Assembly: GCA_013329045.1 (NCBI GenBank)
Contig: DUKZ01000004.1
Span: 14,171 to 78,170, forward strand
Source of the DNA: Candidatus Woesearchaeota archaeon
Lineage (GTDB): Archaea; Nanobdellota; Nanobdellia; Woesearchaeales; UBA9989
DNA length: 64,000 bases
Direction: 5' to 3'
Shown: positions 1 through 9,537 of the stretch, in pieces
Layout of the letters: every line of letters starts with the position of its first letter
Position numbering within the stretch: position 1 is the first letter of the stretch
Program-made: the position numbers and the translations under genes
Notes under the pieces: model-generated
Database searches by the model: none
Seen by the model: the letters and a program-made list of their open reading frames with translations, nothing else
Told to the model about the DNA's origin: nothing

Positions 1-1702
1 ATCTTGCCACCTCATGCGCATGTATCTTCTCTTCAATGCGATCGGTTTTTGACATCATGGAGAACTTGAGCATGATCTTTGCCATGGACTTGACCGCTTC
101 ATCATCGCTTTTGCCCTCACGCTTCAAGATATAGATGCCGGGATTTTTCTGGGGGACCTTATCGGCGATATACTTGCCAAACCCTGATAAGTCAGATGTG
201 ATTGCAGCAACACTCAGAGCAGCAGATTCTAAGGGGGTATAGCCATAGGGCTCATAGAAGGAAGGAAAGACTCCCAGATGACAGGCATGGATTGTCTCAT
301 AATAGCCAAGATCAAGGAGGCCATCTACCCCAGTTAAGTATGAAGGGTAAAATATCATTTTCACCTTGTTCTCTTTCCTGTTGTCTAGCCCATTTTCCAG
401 AAGCATATGGAGGATGGAATCATTCATATCGATCAGGTGTGTGGCAATCCTTGGGTTTCCAGCCTTCTTGAATGCCAACAGTTTCCTCTTTAGCTCAGGG
501 GAAACCTTCTCAGGGATGAGCTGGTCATAGCAGACATTCTTTTCAAGGATAGAAGAGATCAGAAGGTTATGGAGGACATCATCCTGCACATCATACACAC
601 TGCTCCTGATATCATTGAATTTGAGCTTCTTATCGATAACCTCAGGATCAATCCCCCTATGGCCTGCTGGGACAAAGATGAGGGCGACGATGGTAGGAGA
701 CTGCGGATCTGCCATCAATTGATCATTGAGTATCTTGAGTGAAGAGATGAATGTATCGATCCCCTTGACATGCATCTCATAGCGTCCCAGGATAAAATAA
801 AAGAGCGTGTTCTCAATATCGAAGGTGTAATGAGGGAAAAACTGGCTCATGACAAATTCCTTGAGCTTTTCCTTGTATCTCTTATGATATGATGCAGATT
901 CCTCAAACGTAGGAAACCTGCTCAGATGCAGGCCATTTGGCAGGACAACATCAACCTCTTTGCCCAGCAATATTTTTGCCTCCTGGGCCGTCGTCTCACT
1001 TACTGTCGTAAAGACATGCGCATTTATTGCACAGGCTTTCTCTGTTGTGTGCTTTTCCTGGATGTGAGATTCGTATGCTTTTCCAGTGGGGTTTAATCTT
1101 GCGAGTTCATCTTGTGATAACTGAGCGACATTGATGTTCTGGCTCCCGAGAACCCGCCCGAGCATTGTTGCATGGGTTGTGAATATGGTCTTGACAGGAG
1201 AATTGACCGACCGCAGGTACAGGAGGCCAGCCCCAGATATCCACTCATGGAATTGTGCTGTAATCTGGTCTGTGGTGGTCGTTGCAAACTGCTCTAAAAA
1301 CATCCCTGCACCCCATGCCCAGGTGATTACCTCATTAAAGTCATAGCCTGCACCAAGGGAATCGATCTTATACATCTCCCAAAGGCGTTTCTTTATGTAG
1401 TCTGTTGCCTCTTTTAACTGATCAAAATCAAGGAGGATCGTCTTTGGCGTCCCTTCAATGAGCCAGCTGCCGAAATGAGGGGTCACCTCTTTCTTCCTCA
1501 TCGCGTCAAATACTGGCTTTAAATTTGCAGGGACTTTTTCCTCAACAAATTGTCCGATTACCTTGTCCTTGAAATACGGCCCGATGAGATAATAATCATC
1601 AAAAGAATGCTCCATCAATTCCGCTTTAGATGAGATAACAGTAAATATCCCGCCAACCTTGTTGCATACTTCCCAGCATATCTCGAATGCAGTATGTGCC
1701 AT
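1..1702 (-). CDS. Glycogen synthase, GT3 family (runs off the left edge of the window; absent from the ORF track)
   Basis: Manual translation from ATG at 1702 gives MAHTAFEICWEVCNKVGGIFTV. Near 300-200 it reads HACHLGVFPSFYEPYGYTPLE. Both are GT3 signature motifs, and the frame is still open at base 1. Confidence 0.9.
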   Translation of the reverse strand, partial: MAHTAFEICWEVCNKVGGIFTVISSKAELMEHSFDDYYLIGPYFKDKVIGQFVEEKVPANLKPVFDAMRKKEVTPHFGSWLIEGTPKTILLDFDQLKEATDYIKKRLWEMYKIDSLGAGYDFNEVITWAWGAGMFLEQFATTTTDQITAQFHEWISGAGLLYLRSVNSPVKTIFTTHATMLGRVLGSQNINVAQLSQDELARLNPTGKAYESHIQEKHTTEKACAINAHVFTTVSETTAQEAKILLGKEVDVVLPNGLHLSRFPTFEESASYHKRYKEKLKEFVMSQFFPHYTFDIENTLFYFILGRYEMHVKGIDTFISSLKILNDQLMADPQSPTIVALIFVPAGHRGIDPEVIDKKLKFNDIRSSVYDVQDDVLHNLLISSILEKNVCYDQLIPEKVSPELKRKLLAFKKAGNPRIATHLIDMNDSILHMLLENGLDNRKENKVKMIFYPSYLTGVDGLLDLGYYETIHACHLGVFPSFYEPYGYTPLESAALSVAAITSDLSGFGKYIADKVPQKNPGIYILKREGKSDDEAVKSMAKIMLKFSMMSKTDRIEEKIHAHEVAR

Positions 1703-2052
1703 TATGCCTGTTTCTCCAGGTTGGCAATCCTTTCTTTCACTACTTTTGCCATCTCTTTTGGTGTCTTTGCCTTCTCAATTCGCTTTGCCAGTCCCGCGTC
1801 CTTGAAACAATCAGCGACCCAGTTCCTGAAATCATTTTTTTGCTGGTTTACATGAAAACTGAATATTGTTATATGCATGGCATCGAGCGTTTTTGCCAGC
1901 TCTTTATAGGAAGAGATATATGTGCCATCAGTCACATAGAAACGAAGGTCACCCTCAACATATTGTGGCATTGCCAGAGCAGGTACTGTGGTCTTTGCAT
2001 GTCTCTTCATTGGAGCATTCTTAGAAGTTGCACCCTTACCCCCTTTTTTCAT
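1702..2052 (-). CDS. DUF5752-like small protein associated with glycogen genes
   Basis: FYVTDG...KELAKTL...FSFHVNQQKNDFRNWVADCFKDAGLA pattern; its stop overlaps the GT3 start. Confidence 0.7.
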   Translation of the reverse strand: MKKGGKGATSKNAPMKRHAKTTVPALAMPQYVEGDLRFYVTDGTYISSYKELAKTLDAMHITIFSFHVNQQKNDFRNWVADCFKDAGLAKRIEKAKTPKEMAKVVKERIANLEKQA

Positions 2053-2109
2053 GAAATCACCTCTTAATGGACAAACTTTGTTTTGAGAGGTATTTAAATG
2101 TTGTGGTTG

Positions 2110-2775
2110 CTATTTCCCAAAATTTCTTTTCCTCTGGTCAAACTCAGCGATGATAGCATGAAATTCCTGATTGGAAAAGTCAGGCCAATAGGTGTCCACA
2201 AAGAACCATTCTGCATATGCTGTCTGCCAGGGCAGGAAGTTTGATGTCCTCACCGCACCGCCAGTCCTGATGACAATGTCTGGCTGGTCTTCCATATATA
2301 ACAATTTTTCAAATCCCTCTTCAGTGAGTTCATTCCCATTCCTGATCGCTTTGTTTACCGCATCAAGGATTTCCTGCCTGCCGCCATACCCAAAACAAAA
2401 CCTTAAAGGAAAGGAACCGTCAATCGTGTCCTGCTCAATCTTTTTTGCCATATTCTGGATGTCCCTTGGAAAGAGGGCAAGACGGCCAAGGAAGATTATA
2501 CGAAGACCTAGCTCCTTTGCCTTTTTTGCGAGCCTGACGAAAAATTCCCTGAACAGGTCAAAGAGGTTTTTTAGTTCTATTGGGGCCCGGCGGAAGTTTT
2601 CCGTCGAGAAAGCATAGAGCGTGAGCGCCCTTGCCTTCGCATCACGGCACCATTCCACCAGCTCTTCGAGCTTTTTTGCCCCATGGCGATGCCCTTCTAA
2701 TCTATTGAGATGGTTTGCTTCTGCCCACCGGCGATTCCCATCCATGATTATTGCGATGTGAAGATTCTCTGACAT
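2110..2775 (-). CDS. uppS: cis-prenyltransferase (undecaprenyl/polyprenyl diphosphate synthase)
   Basis: HIAIIMDGNRRWA, YAFSTENFRR, YGGRQEI, DIVIRTGGAVRTSNFLPWQ, RNFGK; start moved to ATG at 2775. Confidence 0.95.
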   Translation of the reverse strand: MSENLHIAIIMDGNRRWAEANHLNRLEGHRHGAKKLEELVEWCRDAKARALTLYAFSTENFRRAPIELKNLFDLFREFFVRLAKKAKELGLRIIFLGRLALFPRDIQNMAKKIEQDTIDGSFPLRFCFGYGGRQEILDAVNKAIRNGNELTEEGFEKLLYMEDQPDIVIRTGGAVRTSNFLPWQTAYAEWFFVDTYWPDFSNQEFHAIIAEFDQRKRNFGK

Positions 2776-2904
2776 GTGAGCAAGCGAAGCATCCCTGTTT
2801 ATAAAAGTAGTGCTCACATCATTCTCTACAAACAGCATACATCCGAAACATTTATAAGGTACTAATTTAAGAAACAAAGTATCTTTTGAAAAAAGGGGAA
2901 CTGA

Positions 2905-4164
2905 ATGAAAGTGCTAATGATGGGATGGGAGTTCCCCCCGTATAACATAGGGGGCCTTGGCACAGCGTGCCATGGGATAGTCAAAGGACTCTCAAAACAC
3001 GACGTTGATGTGCTTTTTCTTCTCCCTCAAATCCCTTATTATAAAGAAAGCTGCATCAAGGGATTATCCCTGATAGGAGTCAATAATATTGATCTTGCTC
3101 CAGGAAAGGTCAAGGTGAAGCGGATGGATGCGATACTCGTGCCATACTTTGACCCTTCTACCTGGGAAGAAGAAAAACACAAGTATTTCATCTATGAAAA
3201 AGACAATACCCTCAAGCCATTGACGCTGTATGGCAAAGACATCTTTAACCAGATCCAAAAGTATGCAGAACAATGCGAAAAGGTCGCTCTCGCAGAAGAT
3301 TTTGATATTATCCATGCACACGACTGGATGACATTTGCCGCCGGCGTTCGGGCAAAAGAGGCATCAGGAAAACCATTAGTAATCCATGTCCATGCGACTG
3401 AATTCGACCGGACAGGCGGGCATCCAAACCAACAAATCTATGATACTGAACGATGGGGCATGCATACAGCAGACAAGATCATCTCCGTCTCCAATTTCAC
3501 GAAAGGGATGATTGTCCAGCATTATGGCATTGACCCTGCTAAAGTGGAAGTTGTCCATAATGCGGTCGATAAGGACAACTATGTTGAAACAGTGTATGAA
3601 TTCAATCGCCTCCGGGAAAAATTCAAGATCGTCTTGTTCCTCGGCAGGATCACCATCCAAAAAGGGCCAGACTGGTTCTTGCATATCGCTGCCCGGATCC
3701 TGCATGAAAGGAAAGACGTGATGTTTGTCTTTGTTGGCACTGGTGACATGGAGAACCGCATCATAGAGCAGGCAGCGACGATGGGCATTGCCAACCATAT
3801 CATCTTTGCAGGGCATATCCCCTATAATTTTATCGATAAGGTGTATCAGGTCGCAGATATCTATATCATGCCATCCATCTCTGAACCATTTGGAATCACC
3901 CCATTGGAGGCGATGAAGAACAAGATCCCAACAATCATCTCAAAACAAAGCGGGGTTGCCGAAGTGGTAAACAACTGCGTGAAGCTGGACTTTTGGGACT
4001 GCGAGAAGATCGCGAAGGAAGCAATCAAAATCCTCAATAACCCTGAGCTCAAGGAGAGGCTGGTGAATGGTGCGCTCGAAGAAGTGAATAATCTCAACTG
4101 GGACGATTCCGCAGCAAAGTGCATTACTGTCTATAATAATGTGCTCAGGGACAGTTCATGGTAG
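2905..4164 (+). CDS. GT4 family glycosyltransferase (glycogen-related)
   Basis: GWEFPP..GGLG, HAHDWMT, GRITIQKG, PSISEPFGITPLEAM. Confidence 0.9.
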   Translation: MKVLMMGWEFPPYNIGGLGTACHGIVKGLSKHDVDVLFLLPQIPYYKESCIKGLSLIGVNNIDLAPGKVKVKRMDAILVPYFDPSTWEEEKHKYFIYEKDNTLKPLTLYGKDIFNQIQKYAEQCEKVALAEDFDIIHAHDWMTFAAGVRAKEASGKPLVIHVHATEFDRTGGHPNQQIYDTERWGMHTADKIISVSNFTKGMIVQHYGIDPAKVEVVHNAVDKDNYVETVYEFNRLREKFKIVLFLGRITIQKGPDWFLHIAARILHERKDVMFVFVGTGDMENRIIEQAATMGIANHIIFAGHIPYNFIDKVYQVADIYIMPSISEPFGITPLEAMKNKIPTIISKQSGVAEVVNNCVKLDFWDCEKIAKEAIKILNNPELKERLVNGALEEVNNLNWDDSAAKCITVYNNVLRDSSW

Positions 4165-5333
4165 CTATCTGCTTCTATTTCCAGGTACACCAGCCCTATC
4201 GGCTCCGCCAATATTCACTCTTTGACATAGGGAACAATGACCACTATGAGGACGAGGCAAAGAACAAGGCAATCATGGAAAAGGTTGCCCATAAATGCTA
4301 CATCCCTGCAAACAAGCTCTTCTTATCCATGCTCCATTCCCATCCAGACCTCAAGATCAGCTATTCGATCTCCGGCACCGCCCTGGAACAAATGGAGAAA
4401 TATTCCCCAGAGACGCTCTCACTTTTCCAGCAGCTCGTTGCCACCGGACGGGTAGAACTCCTGAATGAGACGTATTATCACTCGCTCTCGTCTATCTTTT
4501 CTCCCCAGGAATTCAAAGAGCAAGTGCAGATGCACCGGGACATCATCAAAAGGCTCTTTGGGGTCACTCCAAGCGTGTTTCGAAATACTGAACTGATCTA
4601 CAGCAACCACATCGCGATGCTGGCAGAGGAGATGGGATACAAGGCAATCCTCGCGGAGGGAGCAGACCATATCCTTGGATGGAGGAGCCCGAATTTTGTC
4701 TATAAGCCAACGACAGCAAACATCAAGCTCTTGCTGAAGAATTATCGGTTATCAGATGATATCGCTTTTCGGTTCTCGAATCGGGACTGGGCAGGCTGGC
4801 CGCTCACTGCAGAAAAATTCACTGATTGGGTCAACCAGGCAAATGGGTCTGGCGAAGTGATCAATCTTTTTATGGACTATGAAACAATAGGCGAACACCA
4901 ATGGGCAGAGACAGGGATTTTCCATTTCTTCCATCACCTTCCAGAAAAAGTATTGTCCCATCCTGACAATTTGTTCATGACCCCTTCTGAAGTCGCTGAA
5001 AAGTTTGATCCTGTAGGAGAACTCGACATCCATCATCCGATCTCCTGGGCAGACATCGAGCGGGACCTTTCTGCCTGGGCATCAAACAGCATGCAATTGC
5101 ATGCATTGCATTCATTGTACAATCTTGAAGGGGCAGTCAAGAAAAAAGGCGACCTTCGGATGATCGAGAATTGGAGAAAGCTCCAAACATCAGACAATTT
5201 TTATTACATGTGCACAAAATGGTTTTCTGACGGTGACGTGCACAAATATTTCAATCCTTTCGACAAACCGCATAATGCATTTACCTCTTTTATCAACGCG
5301 TATCATGATATGGTTTTACGGCTGAAGGATTAG
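4158..5333 (+). CDS. GH57 alpha-amylase
   Basis: FQVHQPYRL, ETYYHSL, FRNTELIY, FMDYETIGEHQW, SWADIERDLSAW, LQTSDNFYYM. Confidence 0.93.
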   Translation: MVAICFYFQVHQPYRLRQYSLFDIGNNDHYEDEAKNKAIMEKVAHKCYIPANKLFLSMLHSHPDLKISYSISGTALEQMEKYSPETLSLFQQLVATGRVELLNETYYHSLSSIFSPQEFKEQVQMHRDIIKRLFGVTPSVFRNTELIYSNHIAMLAEEMGYKAILAEGADHILGWRSPNFVYKPTTANIKLLLKNYRLSDDIAFRFSNRDWAGWPLTAEKFTDWVNQANGSGEVINLFMDYETIGEHQWAETGIFHFFHHLPEKVLSHPDNLFMTPSEVAEKFDPVGELDIHHPISWADIERDLSAWASNSMQLHALHSLYNLEGAVKKKGDLRMIENWRKLQTSDNFYYMCTKWFSDGDVHKYFNPFDKPHNAFTSFINAYHDMVLRLKD

Positions 5334-5393
5334 TGTGCATTATTCATGAGCAGACAGACGATTCCAGCATGGTCGAGTACATGATTTCTTATA

Positions 5394-7661
5394 TCACTTT
5401 CTTATATCAACACCAGTCCTCAAGAATGCGCTATTCAGCATGGTATATGCCCTTCGCTCAGGAATTTCCAGCTCTCTTGCCATTTGTTTTATGGTCATTG
5501 GTTCATGGCAGATCCCAAGATAATGCGAAAGCACCCCCTGGTCCACCGTAGACCTTTGTGGAATCATTGGGGAAAAGAATGTGGCAAGATACGGTTTCAT
5601 GAGATGTCCATCTTCGACATCCTCAAAGGGCCTAAATACGCTCATTGCCCGAGCACCCAGGTCTCTCATCCTCTTCAATATGCCAAGGACCATCATTTGG
5701 GTGATGGTGCTTCCCACCGGATCGCCGCACTCCATGATATGATTGGTGAAAAATTTTTGGATCGGGGAGATCAATGATTGCGATAGGTTGAGCACTGCTG
5801 AAAATTGGTGGACAGCTCCCATTGGGTCATTCGCAAGTGCTGCTAGCAGATCCTCCAGATGCTCTTGAGAATTGTAAAGAGATCCATCCTCAACCAGCCT
5901 CCTTACATTCTCCACTGAGTAGGTACGATCAACCTCGAGGAGAGCATACCCATGGCGATCCATATACTGAAGGATATGAGATAAGGTTTCGCGTGTTTGG
6001 GCAAGTCTTGGTGTTTCGATTGCCTCTTGGGAATTTCTTAGCTGGGAGAGATACTCGAATGCGACACTGAGAGGCATGCCCGGTTCCCATGGTGTTATTG
6101 GCAAGGATAATCCATACATGACCTGAATTGGCAACCTCGCCTGATGAACATCCCATTCTGCCAGCGCTTCATATCCTTCCTGCGTAAAAAAGACCCGCTG
6201 CCTTCCCTCAGGTGATTTTCGTAATCGAAAACAGGATGTTGGATCCTCTGCTACTAATGTTTCAATACGCTTTTCAGTCTCACCCCTTGGCAGCCTGAGA
6301 GCATAAGAAATGTCTGCCCTTGAATAGAGATCAGGATTTCCTTCTATAAATGGCATGAACCCCTGAAAGATCATCCCTTCGGGATACTGCTCATCCAGAT
6401 ATGCAATCATCTCTATACCTAAAATATGGGAAGAATCTTCGAATCTACCAGCCTTTCTTGCCTGATTAATGATTGAGAGGGGAAGGCCTGTTCGCTCAAG
6501 GCTATTAGTGGTGTAGGACTTAGAGGGATCAATCCTTTCTTTCAGTCCTGCCATTGCTTTCTTTTCAAACCGGACCATCTCCCTCAAACGCCTTCGTTCA
6601 AGGGGAGACAAACGATGCTTGTTTTCTCCGGTAGATGATCCAAGATTAAAACGGCTTGCGAGAGAATATGCATATGAGTCAGATATGCCAAGTTTTCTTG
6701 CGATGACAAAGAGCCCTGTTTCACTTTGCCGCTGGTCTCTTCTTAGATGGGCAATGACGCTCCTATGGTAGAGATGACCACAGCTACCCCCATTGACAGC
6801 AACCAGATCAGAATATAACCTGAGCACCTTCGCCCGAGTATGGGTCTCAGAAAGACCTATTTTATCCACAGCCTCATTTACCGGCAGCCAAGCAGAAGAT
6901 GCAAGAAGAGCATCCCATAACTGGTCGCCATAAACAATGCCATCAAGACCGCTCTCTCTTAAGATTGAGGCTTGGTAGCAACGGTTAGGGATGATGGTCA
7001 TCGTGCCTGGGTGTGGAGAGAGTCTGGTGAGAAGGTACTGCATTACTTCATAATAGCTTTGAGAAGGAAAAAGATATTTATGATCATTCTCGCCAGGCCC
7101 AGTCCTCTCGATGACTTCCCGCTCAAGGACAAGACCTGGAAACTGGTCCAGCAGGATACCCCTCACATAATCCCTATCTAAGTGAAGTCGGTGCGCAAGA
7201 TCTGTTGAAGATGCCCATTCTGGAGATTCTTTTAGTAAGTCCCACAAGGCATTCCCTGAAACTCTCTCAGGACTGGCATCACGGATAAATGCATCTGCAG
7301 GATATCCCTCACCCCCTCGGATGAGGTGGACAGGTGGAAGGTTGATTCCCTGCACACCACTATTTCGAATAGAATTGTAATGGATAAGATACTTTCTGTG
7401 TCCTAGGTCGTCTCTACAAAGCATAGAATAGGGTGTTGTTTTCTGAAAGTATTCCTTGATATACTTTGGATTCCCAAATGCTAGCTCCTCATCAGCTTGC
7501 GGCATCGTCAGCCAAACAGGAGACCTTTTTGCCAAGTCCCACAGCCTTGTACCATCAACTTGCCCAGAAACACCTATCCCAAGAACCATCGAAGCATCAT
7601 AGAGACCAGAGGAGGTGATATGAAACATACCCTCGCTACCGGGCTCCCATTTACTTGCCAT
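5394..7661 (-). CDS. Hypothetical 755-aa protein with three N-terminal repeats and a C-terminal sigma70-region-4-like HTH
   Basis: Long ORF; G..LWD....S..W repeated three times; C-terminus YLGICHEPMTIKQMARELEIPERRAYTMLNSA. Confidence 0.7.
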   Translation of the reverse strand: MASKWEPGSEGMFHITSSGLYDASMVLGIGVSGQVDGTRLWDLAKRSPVWLTMPQADEELAFGNPKYIKEYFQKTTPYSMLCRDDLGHRKYLIHYNSIRNSGVQGINLPPVHLIRGGEGYPADAFIRDASPERVSGNALWDLLKESPEWASSTDLAHRLHLDRDYVRGILLDQFPGLVLEREVIERTGPGENDHKYLFPSQSYYEVMQYLLTRLSPHPGTMTIIPNRCYQASILRESGLDGIVYGDQLWDALLASSAWLPVNEAVDKIGLSETHTRAKVLRLYSDLVAVNGGSCGHLYHRSVIAHLRRDQRQSETGLFVIARKLGISDSYAYSLASRFNLGSSTGENKHRLSPLERRRLREMVRFEKKAMAGLKERIDPSKSYTTNSLERTGLPLSIINQARKAGRFEDSSHILGIEMIAYLDEQYPEGMIFQGFMPFIEGNPDLYSRADISYALRLPRGETEKRIETLVAEDPTSCFRLRKSPEGRQRVFFTQEGYEALAEWDVHQARLPIQVMYGLSLPITPWEPGMPLSVAFEYLSQLRNSQEAIETPRLAQTRETLSHILQYMDRHGYALLEVDRTYSVENVRRLVEDGSLYNSQEHLEDLLAALANDPMGAVHQFSAVLNLSQSLISPIQKFFTNHIMECGDPVGSTITQMMVLGILKRMRDLGARAMSVFRPFEDVEDGHLMKPYLATFFSPMIPQRSTVDQGVLSHYLGICHEPMTIKQMARELEIPERRAYTMLNSAFLRTGVDIRK

Positions 7662-7727
7662 ACAGAAGAGAGGGTTATTTTGCTTATAAAAATTGTTATT
7701 CCTCAGTGATTATTACGTCTTTTCCCG

Positions 7728-8666
7728 TTATCTCTCTCCCCGGTAGAACTTCGCCGCGGACTCTGGAGCTACAGGGTTGACAAGGTAATTTGTTCCAAAC
7801 TCGAATCCTGCGGGAGTAGTCGTCCTCGGAAGGAATTCTATGTGGAAATGGATGTTTGCCCCTTTTGTTCCATAAAAAAAGATAAAGTTGAAGGGAATAT
7901 CTGCCTTATGAAGCTTACTCAAGATGACATGCATCGCCTCCGCGAGGCTCCCGAGATTTGAGCTGGTCATCTTTGAGAGGGATGTCTTATGAGTCCTTGG
8001 CATGATCCATGCCTCCCAGGGGACTCTTGAAGCATATGGCGCGAAAACACAAAATTGCTTGTTTGAAAAAATTGCCCTTGTGGACTTGCTTTCCCTCTTT
8101 GCAATGACGCAATAGGGGCACTTCTTGTATTTTTTTACTTCCCTTGCCTTGTCTTCTACGAGCTGAGGAATCCTTGTCATGCCAATGATCTGAGTATGGG
8201 AATGAGCAAGTGAGGCGCCAGCCTCTTTTCCTTCATTCTTGAATAAAACAACGTATTTGATGCCTTTCTTTTTTTGGATTGCCACCATGCGTTTCTTGTA
8301 CTGCTGGAGGACTTCGGTGAGCCTTTTTTCTGAGAATGATGAGAGCTGTTCAGTCTCGCTTGGCGTTTCCACCAGGATCTCATGATGACCCTGGAGTGCT
8401 ATTTCCCGGTACAGGCGATGGCTATGAAGAGGATGCTTTTGCATGTCAAGGATTGGGAACTTGTTCTCAAACCAGCGCATCTGCCATGACTTTCCCTTGC
8501 TGATCCTCCCTATCTCCTCTGGGGTGAGGTGTTCATTTCCTGGAGCGAAGAAATCGACTTTTGCCTTCACTATTGGAGCTCTGGAGAAGTCAGAGGGCCG
8601 AAGGGAGCGCTTCTCATTTATGATCACATAATGGTCAAGAAGATAATCTTTTCTCAGTTCTGACAT
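7728..8666 (-). CDS. galT: Galactose-1-phosphate uridylyltransferase family (HIT-like)
   Basis: MSELRKDYL..., FENKFP, FKNEGKEAGASLAHSHTQ (HxHxQ), APYASR, FHIEFLPR; ATG at 8666 with GGAG upstream. Confidence 0.88.
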   Translation of the reverse strand: MSELRKDYLLDHYVIINEKRSLRPSDFSRAPIVKAKVDFFAPGNEHLTPEEIGRISKGKSWQMRWFENKFPILDMQKHPLHSHRLYREIALQGHHEILVETPSETEQLSSFSEKRLTEVLQQYKKRMVAIQKKKGIKYVVLFKNEGKEAGASLAHSHTQIIGMTRIPQLVEDKAREVKKYKKCPYCVIAKRESKSTRAIFSNKQFCVFAPYASRVPWEAWIMPRTHKTSLSKMTSSNLGSLAEAMHVILSKLHKADIPFNFIFFYGTKGANIHFHIEFLPRTTTPAGFEFGTNYLVNPVAPESAAKFYRGER

Positions 8667-8841
8667 GCTCCACCTCTTTTTGATTTCCTTGAGTTTGAGA
8701 TTATAAAAAGGTTGTGGAAAAGATGAGTGGCAGCCGTCTTTTCTCTTATGCTGAAACATTGGTTATTTTCGTCTACCCTACCACTCCACAGCCTTAAGTA
8801 GATGGAAACTGGATTGTGAAACCACAATATTTAAATAATAA

Positions 8842-8862
8842 AGTAAACATTATATGTTTACT
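8842..8862. promoter_or_regulatory. Perfect 9-3-9 palindrome, probable operator of the downstream gene pair
   Basis: AGTAAACAT-TAT-ATGTTTACT lies between a TATA-like ATTTAAATA and the ATG at 8871. Confidence 0.65.
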
Positions 8863-8870
8863 ATGAAACG

Positions 8871-9185
8871 ATGGCTCCAGTGCAAAAGAGATTCAAGATC
8901 AGACTGTCCGCTGTTGACATCATTGATGTCATGTTCATCAAAGACAATATGACCCTCATCAAGTTTGCTTTAAACTATCGAGGGTTCATAGGAGACGAAT
9001 GGCATGAAATATATCGGGTTGACAACTTCCATGGATTTTTACATGAACAGAAATTTTGGATCTCCCCTGAGCCCATACCGTTAGACTGCATTGGAGACCT
9101 CATGGACATTATGACAGATTATTTGATAGTTATTAAAGAGAATTATAAAAGATACAGAGGCTATTATGAGAACAAAGCAACATAA
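8871..9185 (+). CDS. Putative toxin-like small protein (DUF6516/TumE-like RxDNxH motif)
   Basis: WHEIYRVDNFHGFLH; overlaps the downstream HTH gene. Confidence 0.55.
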   Translation: MAPVQKRFKIRLSAVDIIDVMFIKDNMTLIKFALNYRGFIGDEWHEIYRVDNFHGFLHEQKFWISPEPIPLDCIGDLMDIMTDYLIVIKENYKRYRGYYENKAT

Positions 9186-9492
9186 AGACATGAAAAAACT
9201 AGTTGAGAATATGCTCAGCGGGAGCATCCCTGAGAATGCAATGATATTCCTTAATGCAGATGATATCCCTGAAGTATTTACAAAGCAGCGTTTAGCATTG
9301 ATTAGAAAGATTCACGAGGGCCATCCAGAATCTATCCAAGCATTGGCAGATGCCCTCGGGAGAAAAAAACAAGCTGTGCACAGGGACCTTAAGCTGCTCC
9401 TTGGACATAATGTTGTGGGTCTTGAAAAAAAGGGAAGAGAAGTGGTCCCAACAGTCACGAAAGAATATATTTATGTGCCTTTGATGACATGA
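9166..9492 (+). CDS. Winged-HTH DNA-binding protein (HVO_A0114-like), putative antitoxin/regulator
   Basis: VFTKQRLALIRKI...PESIQALADALGRKKQAVHRDLKLL...VGLEKKGREVVP. Confidence 0.7.
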   Translation: MRTKQHKDMKKLVENMLSGSIPENAMIFLNADDIPEVFTKQRLALIRKIHEGHPESIQALADALGRKKQAVHRDLKLLLGHNVVGLEKKGREVVPTVTKEYIYVPLMT

Positions 9493-9537
9493 AGAATAGT
9501 ATAAGAAAAGAAAAAAAAATTCGCGGGACGAGTTTAC

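Noticed and set aside
8766-8808. TTTTCGTCTAC...GTAGATGGAAA stem resembling a Cas12a repeat
   Set aside because: Single copy with a 21-nt loop, no array and no effector; could be a chance hairpin.
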